From Patescibacteria group bacterium (GTDB lineage: Bacteria > Patescibacteriota > Microgenomatia > UBA8517), in NCBI GenBank assembly GCA_036835125.1, contig DAITMO010000001.1, forward strand, positions 191,508 to 255,507: DNA of 64,000 bases, in the 5' to 3' direction. This document shows, piece by piece, positions 20,210 through 29,053 of this stretch; position 1 is the stretch's first letter, and the number at the start of each line of letters is the position of its first letter. The notes under the pieces are model-generated. The model was given only the letters and a program-made list of their open reading frames with translations. It had not been told where the DNA came from and searched no databases. The translations under genes were made by a program, and so were the position numbers.

Positions 20210-20911
20210 ATGAAAATACAAAAATTTACATCAAAAGGAGTTAAGGTGGGAGAAGTTTTATTACCAAAAGAAATTGGAATGGAAGTTAATCTTCCTCTTT
20301 TGGCTCAAGCCGTTTATGTCTATGAGAACAGAGCTCATGTAGGGCTCAGGAAAACAAAGACAAGGGCAGAAATAAATAGGACAACAAAGAAAGTTTACAG
20401 ACAAAAAGGAACAGGTGGGGCAAGACATGGAAGTAGACGTGCGAATCTTTTTGTTGGTGGAGGAGTGGCTCTTGGTCCCAGGCCAGTTAAAAGAGAATTA
20501 AATCTTTCAAATGCAATTAAAGCTAAAGCAAAATCTATGGCATTTAGTTTTAAAGCAGGAGAAAAAGAACTTATCTTCGTTTCTGGAATTTCAAAAATTA
20601 TTAAGACAAAAGAGGCAGGAGAACTTCTTAAAGCTTTGAAAAAAGAGGTTGGTGGAAAGAAATTTACATTTGTTCTTTCTGAAAAGGCAAAAGATGTTTC
20701 AAAATTCTTAAAGAATCTTGATAATACATCATACGTTTTTTATAAAGATGTAAATGCATACGATATTTATAAAGGTGGAATAGTTATTTTAGATGAAAAT
20801 GTTTTTATCTCAGAAAAATCAGTAAAGATGGTTGAGAAAAAGGTGACTGAAACAAAAAAAGTTGCAACCAAAAAGACAGTTAAAGTAGTTAAAAAGGAAA
20901 TTAAAAAATAA
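20210..20911 (+). CDS. rplD: 50S ribosomal protein L4 with a Lys/Val-rich C-terminal tail.
   Basis: ...YRQKGTGGARHGSRRANLFVGGGVALGPRPVKRELNLS... The track ORF's N-terminal extension overlaps rplC and was trimmed to ATG 20210. Confidence 0.9.
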   Translation: MKIQKFTSKGVKVGEVLLPKEIGMEVNLPLLAQAVYVYENRAHVGLRKTKTRAEINRTTKKVYRQKGTGGARHGSRRANLFVGGGVALGPRPVKRELNLSNAIKAKAKSMAFSFKAGEKELIFVSGISKIIKTKEAGELLKALKKEVGGKKFTFVLSEKAKDVSKFLKNLDNTSYVFYKDVNAYDIYKGGIVILDENVFISEKSVKMVEKKVTETKKVATKKTVKVVKKEIKK

Positions 20912-20913
20912 TT

Positions 20914-21189
20914 ATGTTTAAACCAGTTTATACAGAAAAAAGTTTGAAAGAAGCCAAAAAAGGAAACTATACCTTTAAGGTAGATTTGAATATGACTAAA
21001 AAACAAATTGCAGGTAAAATTGCATCCATTTTTGGAGTAAAAGTGATTGATGTGAGGACAGCAAAAATTGGTCCTGAAAAAGGAAGAAACGCCAAAGGAA
21101 GGAAATTTACCAAAATGGCAGTAAAAAAGGCAATTGTTTCTCTTAAAGATGGTGATAAAATTGATGTTTTTGAGGAAGGAAAGAAATAA
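20914..21189 (+). CDS. rplW: 50S ribosomal protein L23.
   Basis: MFKPVYTEKSLKEAKKGNYTFKVDLNMTKKQIAGKIASIFGVKV. Confidence 0.9.
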   Translation: MFKPVYTEKSLKEAKKGNYTFKVDLNMTKKQIAGKIASIFGVKVIDVRTAKIGPEKGRNAKGRKFTKMAVKKAIVSLKDGDKIDVFEEGKK

Positions 21190-21191
21190 TT

Positions 21192-21941
21192 ATGAAACTA
21201 AAAAGAATATTATCTAAAAAAGCAGGAAGATCAAATGGAAGTGTCGTAGTTAGACACCAAGGTGGACGCGAAAAAAGATTTTTGCGTGAGATTGATACCC
21301 TTAGGTCAAAAAAGGATATATGGGGTGTGGTTGAAACTATTGAGTACGATCCCAATAGAGGTGCAGATATTGCAAAAGTTCTCTATGAGGATGGTGAAAG
21401 GAATTATATAGTTAACCCAATAGGTTTGAAAGTTGGCTCAAAGGTGATTGCTTCTGAAGCTGCACCTATTGAGACAGGAAACGCATTACCTTTAAAGGCA
21501 ATTCCAGTAGGAACACCAATTCACAATATTGAAATAACCAAAGGAAAAGGTGGGCAAATGGTTAAAGGGGCAGGAAGTGTGGCAACTGTATTTGGAAAAG
21601 AAGATTTATGGGTTTTGGTCAAACTTCCGTCAGGTGAGATCAGAAGATTTAATCCTGAATGCCTTGCGACCGTTGGACAAATTGGAAACGAGAATAGGAA
21701 AAATGAAATAATAGGAAAAGCGGGCAGAAAAAGACATATGGGGATTCGCCCAAATGTCAGGGGAGTTGCAATGAATCCTCATGCACACCCACATGGGGGA
21801 GGAGAAGGTCGAAGTAGTGTTGGTTTGAAATATCCAAAAACTTTTTACGGAAGGAAAGCTGTAGGAAAGACTAGAGGAAAAACCCGATACTCAAATCGTT
21901 TTGTAGTTCAAAGGAGAGGAGGCAAGTCAGTACTTGGTTAA
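21192..21941 (+). CDS. rplB: 50S ribosomal protein L2.
   Basis: ...[31 protein letters not shown]... Confidence 0.95.
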   Translation: [249 protein letters not shown]

Positions 21942-21944
21942 AAT

Positions 21945-22226
21945 ATGGCAAGAAGTAGCAAAAAAGGTCCATTTGTAGACCCAATACTAGTTAAAAAAGT
22001 TGAAAAGGGAATGGGGGCAAAAGAGAGTCCAATTAAAACTTGGTCTAGAAAATGCCAGATTTCCCCTGATTTTGTTGGAAAATATTTTCAGGTTCATAAT
22101 GGACGTGTATTTATTGATGTTTTTATTACAGAAGATATGGTGGGTCACCGCCTTGGAGAATTTTCTCCAACAAGAACATTTAGAGGACATGGAGAAATAG
22201 TTAAGAGAACGATGGATAAGACCTAA
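21945..22226 (+). CDS. rpsS: 30S ribosomal protein S19.
   Basis: [18 protein letters not shown]...[32 protein letters not shown]. Confidence 0.95.
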   Translation: MARSSKKGPFVDPILVKKVEKGMGAKESPIKTWSRKCQISPDFVGKYFQVHNGRVFIDVFITEDMVGHRLGEFSPTRTFRGHGEIVKRTMDKT

Positions 22227-22260
22227 CGGTCTTCGTCAAGGCGTAAGACATAAAATTATA

Positions 22261-22689
22261 ATGAAAAAAGAATACAAATCAACACAAAAGTTTTTACTTG
22301 AGAGCCCAAGGAAGATTAGACTTGTTGTGAAGGTTGTTAAAAAGATGAGTCCAGTTGAAGCAGTTGAAAAGTTGCCATTTCTTGGTAAAAGGGCAGCAGG
22401 AGACTTGGCAAAAGTTATCAAAAGTGCAATTGCTAATGCTAGAAATCAAGGGGTTGCTGACACAGATTTGATATTTAAAGAAATTCAAATTGGAGAAGGA
22501 CCAAGATTAAAAAGAGGTAGACCGGTAAGTCGTGGCATGTGGCATCCTGTAAAAAAGAGAATGGCCCATATTAGGGTTGTTTTAACAACCAATATAAAGG
22601 TTGAAGAGAAAAAGGAAGTAAAAGTGGAAGAACCAAAAACAGAAAAGAAAGAAGTTAAAAAAATAGTAAAAAAGGAGGTAAAAAAATAA
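22261..22689 (+). CDS. rplV: 50S ribosomal protein L22 with a KEVKK-repeat C-terminal tail.
   Basis: ...RKIRLVVKVVKKMSPVEAVEKLPFLGKRAAGDLAKVIKSAIANA... Confidence 0.9.
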   Translation: MKKEYKSTQKFLLESPRKIRLVVKVVKKMSPVEAVEKLPFLGKRAAGDLAKVIKSAIANARNQGVADTDLIFKEIQIGEGPRLKRGRPVSRGMWHPVKKRMAHIRVVLTTNIKVEEKKEVKVEEPKTEKKEVKKIVKKEVKK

Positions 22690-23343
22690 ATGGGACAAAA
22701 AGTAAATCCAATAGGTATTAGAGTAGGAAATTTCTTGACTTGGAAGTCAAGGTGGTTTGCTGATGGTGGAAGCTTTAAGAATTTCTTAGTTGAGGATATT
22801 AAAATTAGAGAAGAATTAACAAAGAGACTTAAGCTTGCAGGTATTACTGGGGTTGAAATCGAAAGACTTCCAAAAAGTATGGTGGTTGTTATTACAGTAA
22901 GTAGGCCCGGTGTTGTTATTGGACGTGGTGGATCAGGAATTGAGGATGTTAAAAAATATATCTTAGACGTAATGAGTGAGGTTAGGGGTAAAAGAGTAAA
23001 GGATGTTAAAATAGATATTAGAATAAATGAGGTTAGAAATCCCGAACTTTCGGCATATTTGGTTGCAGAAAGAATTGCAGGAGAAATGGAAAGAAGAATT
23101 CCCCATAGACGTGCAGTTCAAAAAGCAATTGAAAGAGTTATGGCAGGAGGAGCCCTTGGAATAAAGGTGGTATTAAGTGGACGTATAAATGGAGCTGAAA
23201 TTAGTAGGGTTGAAAAATATCATCAAGGATCAGTCCCTGCACAGACTTTAAGAGAAGATATTGATTATGCACAAGTTCCAGCATCTTTAGTTAGAGGTTA
23301 TGTAGGAGTTAAAGTTTGGATTCACAAAAAACAGGAGGAATAA
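22690..23343 (+). CDS. rpsC: 30S ribosomal protein S3.
   Basis: MGQKVNPIGIRVGNFLTWKSRWFA...; KH domain GRGGSGIEDV. Confidence 0.95.
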   Translation: MGQKVNPIGIRVGNFLTWKSRWFADGGSFKNFLVEDIKIREELTKRLKLAGITGVEIERLPKSMVVVITVSRPGVVIGRGGSGIEDVKKYILDVMSEVRGKRVKDVKIDIRINEVRNPELSAYLVAERIAGEMERRIPHRRAVQKAIERVMAGGALGIKVVLSGRINGAEISRVEKYHQGSVPAQTLREDIDYAQVPASLVRGYVGVKVWIHKKQEE

Positions 23344-23345
23344 AT

Positions 23346-23759
23346 ATGTTACAACCAAAAAGAAGAAAATATGTTAAAGACTTTAGGGGTAGAAGGAGAG
23401 GAAATGCTACTCGCGGCAATGCAATTTCCTTTGGTGATTTTGGTCTGAAAGCTCAAGAAGTTGCCTGGGTAACAAGCGCACAGATTGAGGCCGCCAGACG
23501 TACAATAACACATCACCTTAAAAGGGGTGGAAGGGTTTGGGTTAGGGTCTTCCCTGACAAACCAATTACAGGGCGTCCCGCAGGAAAACGTATGGGTGGA
23601 GGAAAGGGAGACATTTCAACTTATGTTGCAGTAGTCAAACCAGGACTCATTCTTTTTGAAGTTGCAGGAGCTCCTGCAAGCGCTGTCAAAGAAGCTTTTA
23701 GAAAAGCTTCAGCAAAGTTACCAATTGATGCAAAATTTGTAAGTCGGGAGGAAGAATAA
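23346..23759 (+). CDS. rplP: 50S ribosomal protein L16.
   Basis: MLQPKRRKYVKDFRGRRRGNATRGN...; ATG directly after the rpsC stop. Confidence 0.95.
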   Translation: MLQPKRRKYVKDFRGRRRGNATRGNAISFGDFGLKAQEVAWVTSAQIEAARRTITHHLKRGGRVWVRVFPDKPITGRPAGKRMGGGKGDISTYVAVVKPGLILFEVAGAPASAVKEAFRKASAKLPIDAKFVSREEE

Positions 23760-23794
23760 TTTTTTGTATATAAAAAATTAAAAAAAATAAACAT

Positions 23795-24052
23795 ATGAAA
23801 AAGAAAGAATTTAACCAGTTAAGAGAAAAAGACACAAAAGAATTAGCAAAAATGGTTTTTGGAAAAAAGTTAGAACTTGAAAAAGTTAGGATGAAGATGT
23901 TTGGAGGACGTGAGAAGAATTTGAAAGTGGGGAGGATTTTAAGAGCAGAAATTGCTAAAATACTAACCTTGATTCGAGAAAAAGAGATTATTGAGAGTTT
24001 ACAAGCAAAAGAAAAGAAAGAAGAAAAAGTGACTGAGGAAAAGAAGAAATAA
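23795..24052 (+). CDS. rpmC: 50S ribosomal protein L29 with a Lys/Glu-rich tail.
   Basis: MKKKEFNQLREKDTKELAKMVFGKKLELEKVRMKMFGG... Position between rplP and rpsQ. Confidence 0.85.
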   Translation: MKKKEFNQLREKDTKELAKMVFGKKLELEKVRMKMFGGREKNLKVGRILRAEIAKILTLIREKEIIESLQAKEKKEEKVTEEKKK

Positions 24053-24066
24053 ATATTTTTTAAACT

Positions 24067-24315
24067 ATGAAAATTTTTACAGGAAAAGTAATAAGTTTGA
24101 AACAGGCAAAAACTGCTACTGTTTCAGTGGAAAGAGTAAAAGTACATCCTTTGTACAAAAAAAGATTTACCAGGTCTACCAAGTACCAGGTTCACGATGA
24201 GGTTGGTACAAAAATTGGTGACACCGTAAAATTCACTGCAGGAAGGCCTTATTCAAAAACAAAGAAATGGAAAATTATTAAAGTTGTTGGAGAGAAGAAA
24301 GGAGAAAACAAATGA
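24067..24315 (+). CDS. rpsQ: 30S ribosomal protein S17.
   Basis: MKIFTGKVISLKQAKTATVSVERVKVHPLYKKRFTRSTKYQVHDE. Confidence 0.9.
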   Translation: MKIFTGKVISLKQAKTATVSVERVKVHPLYKKRFTRSTKYQVHDEVGTKIGDTVKFTAGRPYSKTKKWKIIKVVGEKKGENK

Positions 24316-24677
24316 TACAGTTAAGAAGTATGCTGGTACCGGCAGATAACAGTGGGGCAAGGAGAATCATGGTAATTGGAGTTCCTGGGAGGCTTGGAAA
24401 GATTGCAACTCTTGGAGATGTTGTTTTGGGAGTTGTTAAAGAGGCAGATCCAGCAGGAATTGTTGGAAAACATGAGAAAGTACAGGTTTTGATTGTAAGA
24501 ACCCACAAAGAAGTTGGAAGGAAAGATGGAACCTATATTAGGTTTGATGATAATGCAGGAGTTGTTATTGATAAACAAGGGTTACCAAGAGGTACTAGAA
24601 TTTTAGGTCCTATTGCAAGAGAGGTAAAAGAAGCAGGATACAATAAGATAGCGTCTCTAGCAAAGGAAGTTGTCTAA
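24312..24677 (+). CDS. rplN: 50S ribosomal protein L14.
   Basis: MIQLRSMLVPADNSGARRIMVIGV...; ATGA overlap with the rpsQ stop. Confidence 0.95.
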   Translation: MIQLRSMLVPADNSGARRIMVIGVPGRLGKIATLGDVVLGVVKEADPAGIVGKHEKVQVLIVRTHKEVGRKDGTYIRFDDNAGVVIDKQGLPRGTRILGPIAREVKEAGYNKIASLAKEVV

Positions 24678-24701
24678 TTAAAAAAATAATAAATAAAAAA
24701 T

Positions 24702-25016
24702 ATGTTGAAATTTAAAATTGGAGACACGGTTAAAGTAACAATAGGAAAAGACAAAGGTAGAGAAGGTAAAATTGAAAAAGTTTTATCAGCTACTTCCAAA
24801 GTTATTGTTCCAGGAATCAACCTTTACAAAAAACATATGAAGGGTTATGGAGATGTAAAGGCCGGAATTTATGATATTCCAAGAGCTTTAGGTTTTGGAA
24901 AAATTGCTTTAGTTTGTCCAAAATGTAAAAAGATTACAAGAGTTGGATTTAAGTTTGCTGGAGAGGACAAAGTTAGAATTTGTAAAAAGTGTGGAAAGGA
25001 AATTGATACTAAATAA
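24702..25016 (+). CDS. rplX: 50S ribosomal protein L24 (KOW domain) carrying a C-terminal C4 zinc-ribbon extension.
   Basis: KFKIGDTVKVTIGKDKGREGKIEKV (KOW) ... ALVCPKCKKITRVGFKFAGEDKVRICKKCGKEID (CxxC-x17-CxxC). Confidence 0.85.
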   Translation: MLKFKIGDTVKVTIGKDKGREGKIEKVLSATSKVIVPGINLYKKHMKGYGDVKAGIYDIPRALGFGKIALVCPKCKKITRVGFKFAGEDKVRICKKCGKEIDTK

Positions 25017-25018
25017 CT

Positions 25019-25570
25019 ATGAATAGATTACAAGAAAAATATATAAAAGAAGTAAAGGAAGAGTTGGCGAAAGACTTAAATATCAAGAATTCTTTTGCAG
25101 TTCCAAAATTAGAAAAAGTTGTTCTTAATATGGGGGTGGGGGCATTAAGTAAAAATCAACAACAAATGGATGCATTAAAGAAAGATTTGGCAACCATTAC
25201 TGGACAAGCTCCATCTATTAGGAATGCAAGAGTTTCAATTGCAAGTTTCTCTCTTCGTGAAGGAATGCCTGTTGGACTTTCTGTTACTTTAAGGAAAGAG
25301 AAAATGTATTCATTCATAGATAGACTTTTTTCAGTAGTACTACCCCGTCTTCGTGATTTTAGGGGAGTTTCAGCTAAGTCATTTGATGGTAGAGGAAACT
25401 ACACATTGGGATTTGCTGAACACACAGTTTTTCCTGAAATCGACTCAACAAAAAGTGCTAGCCCTCATGGCATGGAAATAAGTATTGTTACAACCGCCAA
25501 GAACGCTAGCGAAACAAAAAGACTTTTAGAACTTTTAGGTATGCCATTTGAAAAGGAGGAAATTAAATGA
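25019..25570 (+). CDS. rplE: 50S ribosomal protein L5.
   Basis: [41 protein letters not shown]. Confidence 0.95.
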   Translation: MNRLQEKYIKEVKEELAKDLNIKNSFAVPKLEKVVLNMGVGALSKNQQQMDALKKDLATITGQAPSIRNARVSIASFSLREGMPVGLSVTLRKEKMYSFIDRLFSVVLPRLRDFRGVSAKSFDGRGNYTLGFAEHTVFPEIDSTKSASPHGMEISIVTTAKNASETKRLLELLGMPFEKEEIK

Positions 25571-25752
25571 GTACAACAGCAAAAGAAGTAAGAGAAACAA
25601 AAAAACTTAAGTTTAAGGTTCGATATAGAAACAGATGTAAAATCTGTGGAAGATCTCGTGGTTATATGAGAAAATACGGTCTTTGCAGGCTTTGCTTTAG
25701 AGAACATGCAATGAAAGGAGAAATTCCGGGAGTTAGAAAGGCAAGTTGGTAA
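25567..25752 (+). CDS. rpsN: 30S ribosomal protein S14, zinc-binding type Z (61 aa).
   Basis: ...[39 protein letters not shown]. Confidence 0.9.
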   Translation: MSTTAKEVRETKKLKFKVRYRNRCKICGRSRGYMRKYGLCRLCFREHAMKGEIPGVRKASW

Positions 25753-25761
25753 ACTAAAAAT

Positions 25762-26139
25762 ATGACAAACTATTCAACAGGAGACTTTTTAATAAGAATA
25801 AAGAATGCAGCTTTAGCAGGTAACAAGGAGGTTGTTGTAAAATCCAACACAAAACTTGTTGCGGTTTCTGAAGCTCTCAAAAAAATGGGATTTCTTGATA
25901 CTGTTAAAAATGAGAAAGGAATGCTCACTGTAACTTTAACTTTTAAGAGTAAAAAGCCAAGACTTATGAATTTAAAGCTTGTTTCAAAGCCTGGACTTAG
26001 AGTTTATATGGGAGTGGATGAACTTACTTCCCACAAGAGTCCATCAGTTCTTTTGGTTTCTACACCAAAAGGAGTAATGGCTTCTTTGAAGGCAATTAAG
26101 GAAAGAACAGGTGGAGAAGTTTTAGCAGAGATTTGGTAA
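25762..26139 (+). CDS. rpsH: 30S ribosomal protein S8.
   Basis: DFLIRIKNAALAGNKEVVVKSNTKLVAVSEALKKMGFL. Confidence 0.95.
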   Translation: MTNYSTGDFLIRIKNAALAGNKEVVVKSNTKLVAVSEALKKMGFLDTVKNEKGMLTVTLTFKSKKPRLMNLKLVSKPGLRVYMGVDELTSHKSPSVLLVSTPKGVMASLKAIKERTGGEVLAEIW

Positions 26140-26155
26140 TTATTAGAATATAAAT

Positions 26156-26704
26156 ATGAGCAAAATTGGAAAACAACCAGTCACAATACCAGAAGGAGTA
26201 AATGTAGAAGTTTCAGGACATACTGTAACTATTACTGGACCAAAAGGAACAATGAAAAAACACTTTGCTCCTGAGATTAGTGTGGAAGTTAAAGATAAAG
26301 AGGTAATAGTAAGTGCTAAAGGGAATAGCAAATATGTTATGTCCCTTTTTGGAACAACAAGAGCTCTAATCAATAATGATGTAATTGGAGTTTCAAAAGG
26401 ATGGAGTAAACAGCTGGAACTTGTTGGAACTGGATTTAAGGCAGAAACAAACGGAAGTGAGTTAACTCTTGTTGTTGGGTATTCTCACCCAGTAAAAATA
26501 AAAGCCCCAGAGGGAATTACTTTTAAAGTTGAGAAATTGACTGTTACTGTAGAAGGATACAATAGAGAGGTTGTTGGTCAGATAGCCTCTGACATTAGAA
26601 GTGTTAGACCACCTGAACCATACAAAGGAAAAGGAATAAAGTATATTGATGAGGTAATTAGAAGAAAAGCAGGTAAAGCTGCAGCTGCAAAGACTGCTGC
26701 CTAA
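26156..26704 (+). CDS. rplF: 50S ribosomal protein L6.
   Basis: MSKIGKQPVTIPEGVNVEVSGHTVTITGPKG. Confidence 0.95.
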   Translation: MSKIGKQPVTIPEGVNVEVSGHTVTITGPKGTMKKHFAPEISVEVKDKEVIVSAKGNSKYVMSLFGTTRALINNDVIGVSKGWSKQLELVGTGFKAETNGSELTLVVGYSHPVKIKAPEGITFKVEKLTVTVEGYNREVVGQIASDIRSVRPPEPYKGKGIKYIDEVIRRKAGKAAAAKTAA

Positions 26705-26737
26705 ACTGATAAGTATTAGAAATTAAAAAATATAACC

Positions 26738-27091
26738 ATGAAAAATTTACAATTAAAAGCTAAAAGATATCAGGAGAGAAAGAAAAGAGTTCGTGCAAAA
26801 ATTGAAGGAACAAAAGATTTGCCAAGATTTTCAGTTTTTCGTTCAAACAGTCATATATATGGGCAACTAATTGATGATGTAACAAAAAAGACTTTGGTTT
26901 CTGGCTCTGATTTAAAGTCAAAAGAAAAAGGAACAAAATCGGAAATTGCAGGGAAAGTTGGAGAAGAAATTGCAAAAGAGGCACTCGCAAAGAAAATTAA
27001 AAAAGTAGTTTTTGACAGAAATGGTTTTACCTATCATGGAAGAGTGAAAGCTCTTGCTGAAGGAGCAAGGAAAGGAGGATTAGTATTCTAA
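26738..27091 (+). CDS. rplR: 50S ribosomal protein L18.
   Basis: ...[30 protein letters not shown]...[26 protein letters not shown]. Confidence 0.9.
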   Translation: MKNLQLKAKRYQERKKRVRAKIEGTKDLPRFSVFRSNSHIYGQLIDDVTKKTLVSGSDLKSKEKGTKSEIAGKVGEEIAKEALAKKIKKVVFDRNGFTYHGRVKALAEGARKGGLVF

Positions 27092-27126
27092 TTACAAAAG
27101 TTTTTAAATTAGAATAATTAAAAAAT

Positions 27127-27618
27127 ATGGCATACAACAGAGGACAAAGACAAGATTATCAAGGACCTCCAAAAGAGTTTGAGGAAACAGTGGTTCAGAT
27201 AAATAGAATTAGCAAGAAAACAAAAGGTGGAAACCAGATTAGATTCTCAGCTCTTGTTGTCGTTGGAGACAGAAAAGGAAAAGTTGGTGTTGGAATTGCT
27301 AAAGCAACAGACGTTAGAAATGCTATTAGAAAAGCCATAGAAGCAGCAAAAAGAAATCTTGTAATTGTTCCTTTGGTTGGAACAACAATTCCATATTCAG
27401 TTGATCAAAAGTTTTCTGCAGCAAAAATACTATTGAAACCTGCTCCTCCGGGATCTGGTATTATTGCAGGTGGACCTATGAGAGTAGTTTTGGAAGCTGC
27501 AGGAGTTAGGGACGCAGTTGGAAAAATCTTGGGAACAAAGAATAAAATTTCAAATGTTTATGCAACACTAAAAGCCCTTGAAACAATATCAGGAATGGTT
27601 GAGATTAAAAGAAAATAA
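27127..27618 (+). CDS. rpsE: 30S ribosomal protein S5.
   Basis: ...RFSALVVVGDRKGKVGVGIAKATDVRNAIRKA...GSGIIAGGPMRVVLEAAGV... Confidence 0.95.
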   Translation: MAYNRGQRQDYQGPPKEFEETVVQINRISKKTKGGNQIRFSALVVVGDRKGKVGVGIAKATDVRNAIRKAIEAAKRNLVIVPLVGTTIPYSVDQKFSAAKILLKPAPPGSGIIAGGPMRVVLEAAGVRDAVGKILGTKNKISNVYATLKALETISGMVEIKRK

Positions 27619-27644
27619 ATAGTTTTTAAATTAAAATAATTACA

Positions 27645-27926
27645 ATGACAAATTTACCTAAAGTAGTAGCAAAAAGTAAAAAGAGAGTTGGACGCGGAAT
27701 GGGTAGTGGCAAAGGATCTCATACTTCTAGTCGTGGACAAAAAGGACAAAAGAGTAGGGGTCACATTGGAGTTCTTTTTGAAGGAATGAAGATGAGAAAG
27801 AGTTTCTTAAAAAGACTTCCTCTTATTCGTGGAAAAGGAAAGTTCCATGCTAAAAAAACCAGACGTGAGAAATATGCTGCTTTCAAAAGTAGGAAAGCTG
27901 CTCCAAAAGATACTGCTAAAAAATAA
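27645..27926 (+). CDS. rplO: 50S ribosomal protein L15, N-terminal portion only (93 aa); the ORF stops right after an A6 run.
   Basis: KRVGRGMGSGKGSHTSSRGQKGQKSRG...KRLPLIRGKGKFHAKK...FKSRKAAP aligns with the L15 N-half (E. coli ...RRLPKFGFTSRKAA...). Stop TAA 27924-27926 immediately follows aaaaaa at 27918-27923. Confidence 0.8.
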   Translation: MTNLPKVVAKSKKRVGRGMGSGKGSHTSSRGQKGQKSRGHIGVLFEGMKMRKSFLKRLPLIRGKGKFHAKKTRREKYAAFKSRKAAPKDTAKK

Positions 27927-27928
27927 GA

Positions 27929-28210
27929 ATGGAACAAGGACTAAAGATTGATCAGAATCCAGACTTTGATCAGTGGAAAGCCGATAATGAAAGACTTACA
28001 TTAGCAGGACTTCAAAATGATGACGACGAAATAATTGATGCAGTAAAAGCTAGATGTATCAGTAGGTTTGGTAAATCTGCTGGTAGTCTATACTTTAGAG
28101 GATTGATAGCAACTTTCCCCGAAAGACACAAAGATCTTTTTCCAGAAATTTATGATCCAGAGACTGGATTAATGCACGGAGAGGTTTTGGATTCGGTTGC
28201 AAATCCTTAA
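27929..28210 (+). CDS. rplO: Probable continuation of rplO in the -1 frame (L15 C-terminal portion, diverged). Otherwise an acidic 93-aa hypothetical protein.
   Basis: Adding one A to the A6 run fuses the frames (...TAKKIRMEQGLKID...). ...ERLTLAGLQ... and ...AVKARCISRFGKSAGS... resemble the L15 C-terminal ...LKAAGLI... and ...VKAHAFSKSA... segments. Similarity is weak. Confidence 0.4.
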   Translation: MEQGLKIDQNPDFDQWKADNERLTLAGLQNDDDEIIDAVKARCISRFGKSAGSLYFRGLIATFPERHKDLFPEIYDPETGLMHGEVLDSVANP

Positions 28211-28247
28211 TTACTTGGTTTAACTCTTCTTATTTTTAGTGTAGGAT

Positions 28248-28595
28248 TTGGTTATGGTTCAAAAGTTTCCCCACAACAAACTCATTCGAGACAATATTCC
28301 TGAAGTAATTGAAAAAGCTGGTGGAAAGTATGAGACAAAAGTTTTAAATGATGATGAACTGGATGTTGAACTTAGGAAAAAGCTTTTAGAAGAAACAAAT
28401 GAAATTTTAGAGTCCTCCGATGAACATTTACCAGAGGAACTTGCAGATGCTCTTGAAGTGATAGAATCGTTAGCTGAAACTCATGGGTTGAAACTCTCAG
28501 ATATTCAAAAGATTCAGGAGGAGAAAAGGGGTAAAAGGGGAGGATTTAAAAAGAAATTGTTTTTAATTTGGTCAACACAACCTTCTGGAAAATAA
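28248..28595 (+). CDS. MazG-like / all-alpha NTP pyrophosphohydrolase family protein (115 aa).
   Basis: FPHNKLIRDNIPEVIEKAGGK...EETNEILESSDEHLPEELADALEVIESLAETHGL...KRGKRGGFKKKLFL matches the small dimeric MazG/PRA-PH-like NTP-PPase signature (KLVRDKIPE...EE[LV]xD[VA]Le...RGGF). Confidence 0.55.
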   Translation: MVMVQKFPHNKLIRDNIPEVIEKAGGKYETKVLNDDELDVELRKKLLEETNEILESSDEHLPEELADALEVIESLAETHGLKLSDIQKIQEEKRGKRGGFKKKLFLIWSTQPSGK

Positions 28596-29053
28596 AATGT
28601 TTATGTAAAAAAAACTTGGGGCTACCAATGATGTTTCAATTTGATAGCCCCAATGTGTTTGTTGTTCGGCTTTTGAAAGCGTTACTTTAGCCGATATTTC
28701 ATGCGCTGTTTCATGAACCAAATTTTGACATCGATTTCCTGATAAGCAGAACGAAACCAATTCGTAATTTGATTGAGTGTGATCCGTAAAAGGATCAGGA
28801 TGGCCTTTAGGCTTGCATTTGCCTTCAGGATTCTTCCCGTCTTGGTCACACCACATCCGTCGGAACACATCAAAAGTGTCCCGTCCGTGCAGAGAGCGGA
28901 ATATCCGGCGGTTTTGAGAACGATTAGGGTTCTCTCATCGTCGGACTCTGGTTCTCCGCAGCCTGGTTTCAAAGTAATTTCATCGCCTTTTTTTAAGTCG
29001 GCAATGATATACGCACCAGGGTCGACCATACTGCCATATCCACAACAACACAT
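28572..29053 (-). pseudogene. Cys-rich HExxH (zinc-metallopeptidase-like) gene split over two overlapping frames; probably a frameshifted remnant. Local GC is clearly higher than the surroundings.
   Basis: Frame A from ATG 29053 has the strong SD AGGAGGTGA and reads MCCCGYGSMVDPGAYIIADLKKGDEITLKPGCGEPESDDERTLIVLKTAGYSALCTDGTLLMCSDGCGV. It degenerates after ~70 aa. Frame B (28868 downwards) reads ...CDQDGKNPEGKCKPKGHPDPF...CLSGNRCQNLVHETAHEISAKV (HExxH). The tail of frame B runs through the 28616-28653 hairpin. Confidence 0.45.
28616..28653. terminator. Inverted repeat TTGGGGCTA / TAGCCCCAA (9-bp stem, 20-nt loop) between the MazG-like gene and the convergent HExxH gene remnant.
   Basis: cttggggctaccaatgatgtttcaatttgatagccccaatg read directly, preceded by aaaaaaaa. 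Confidence 0.4.
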
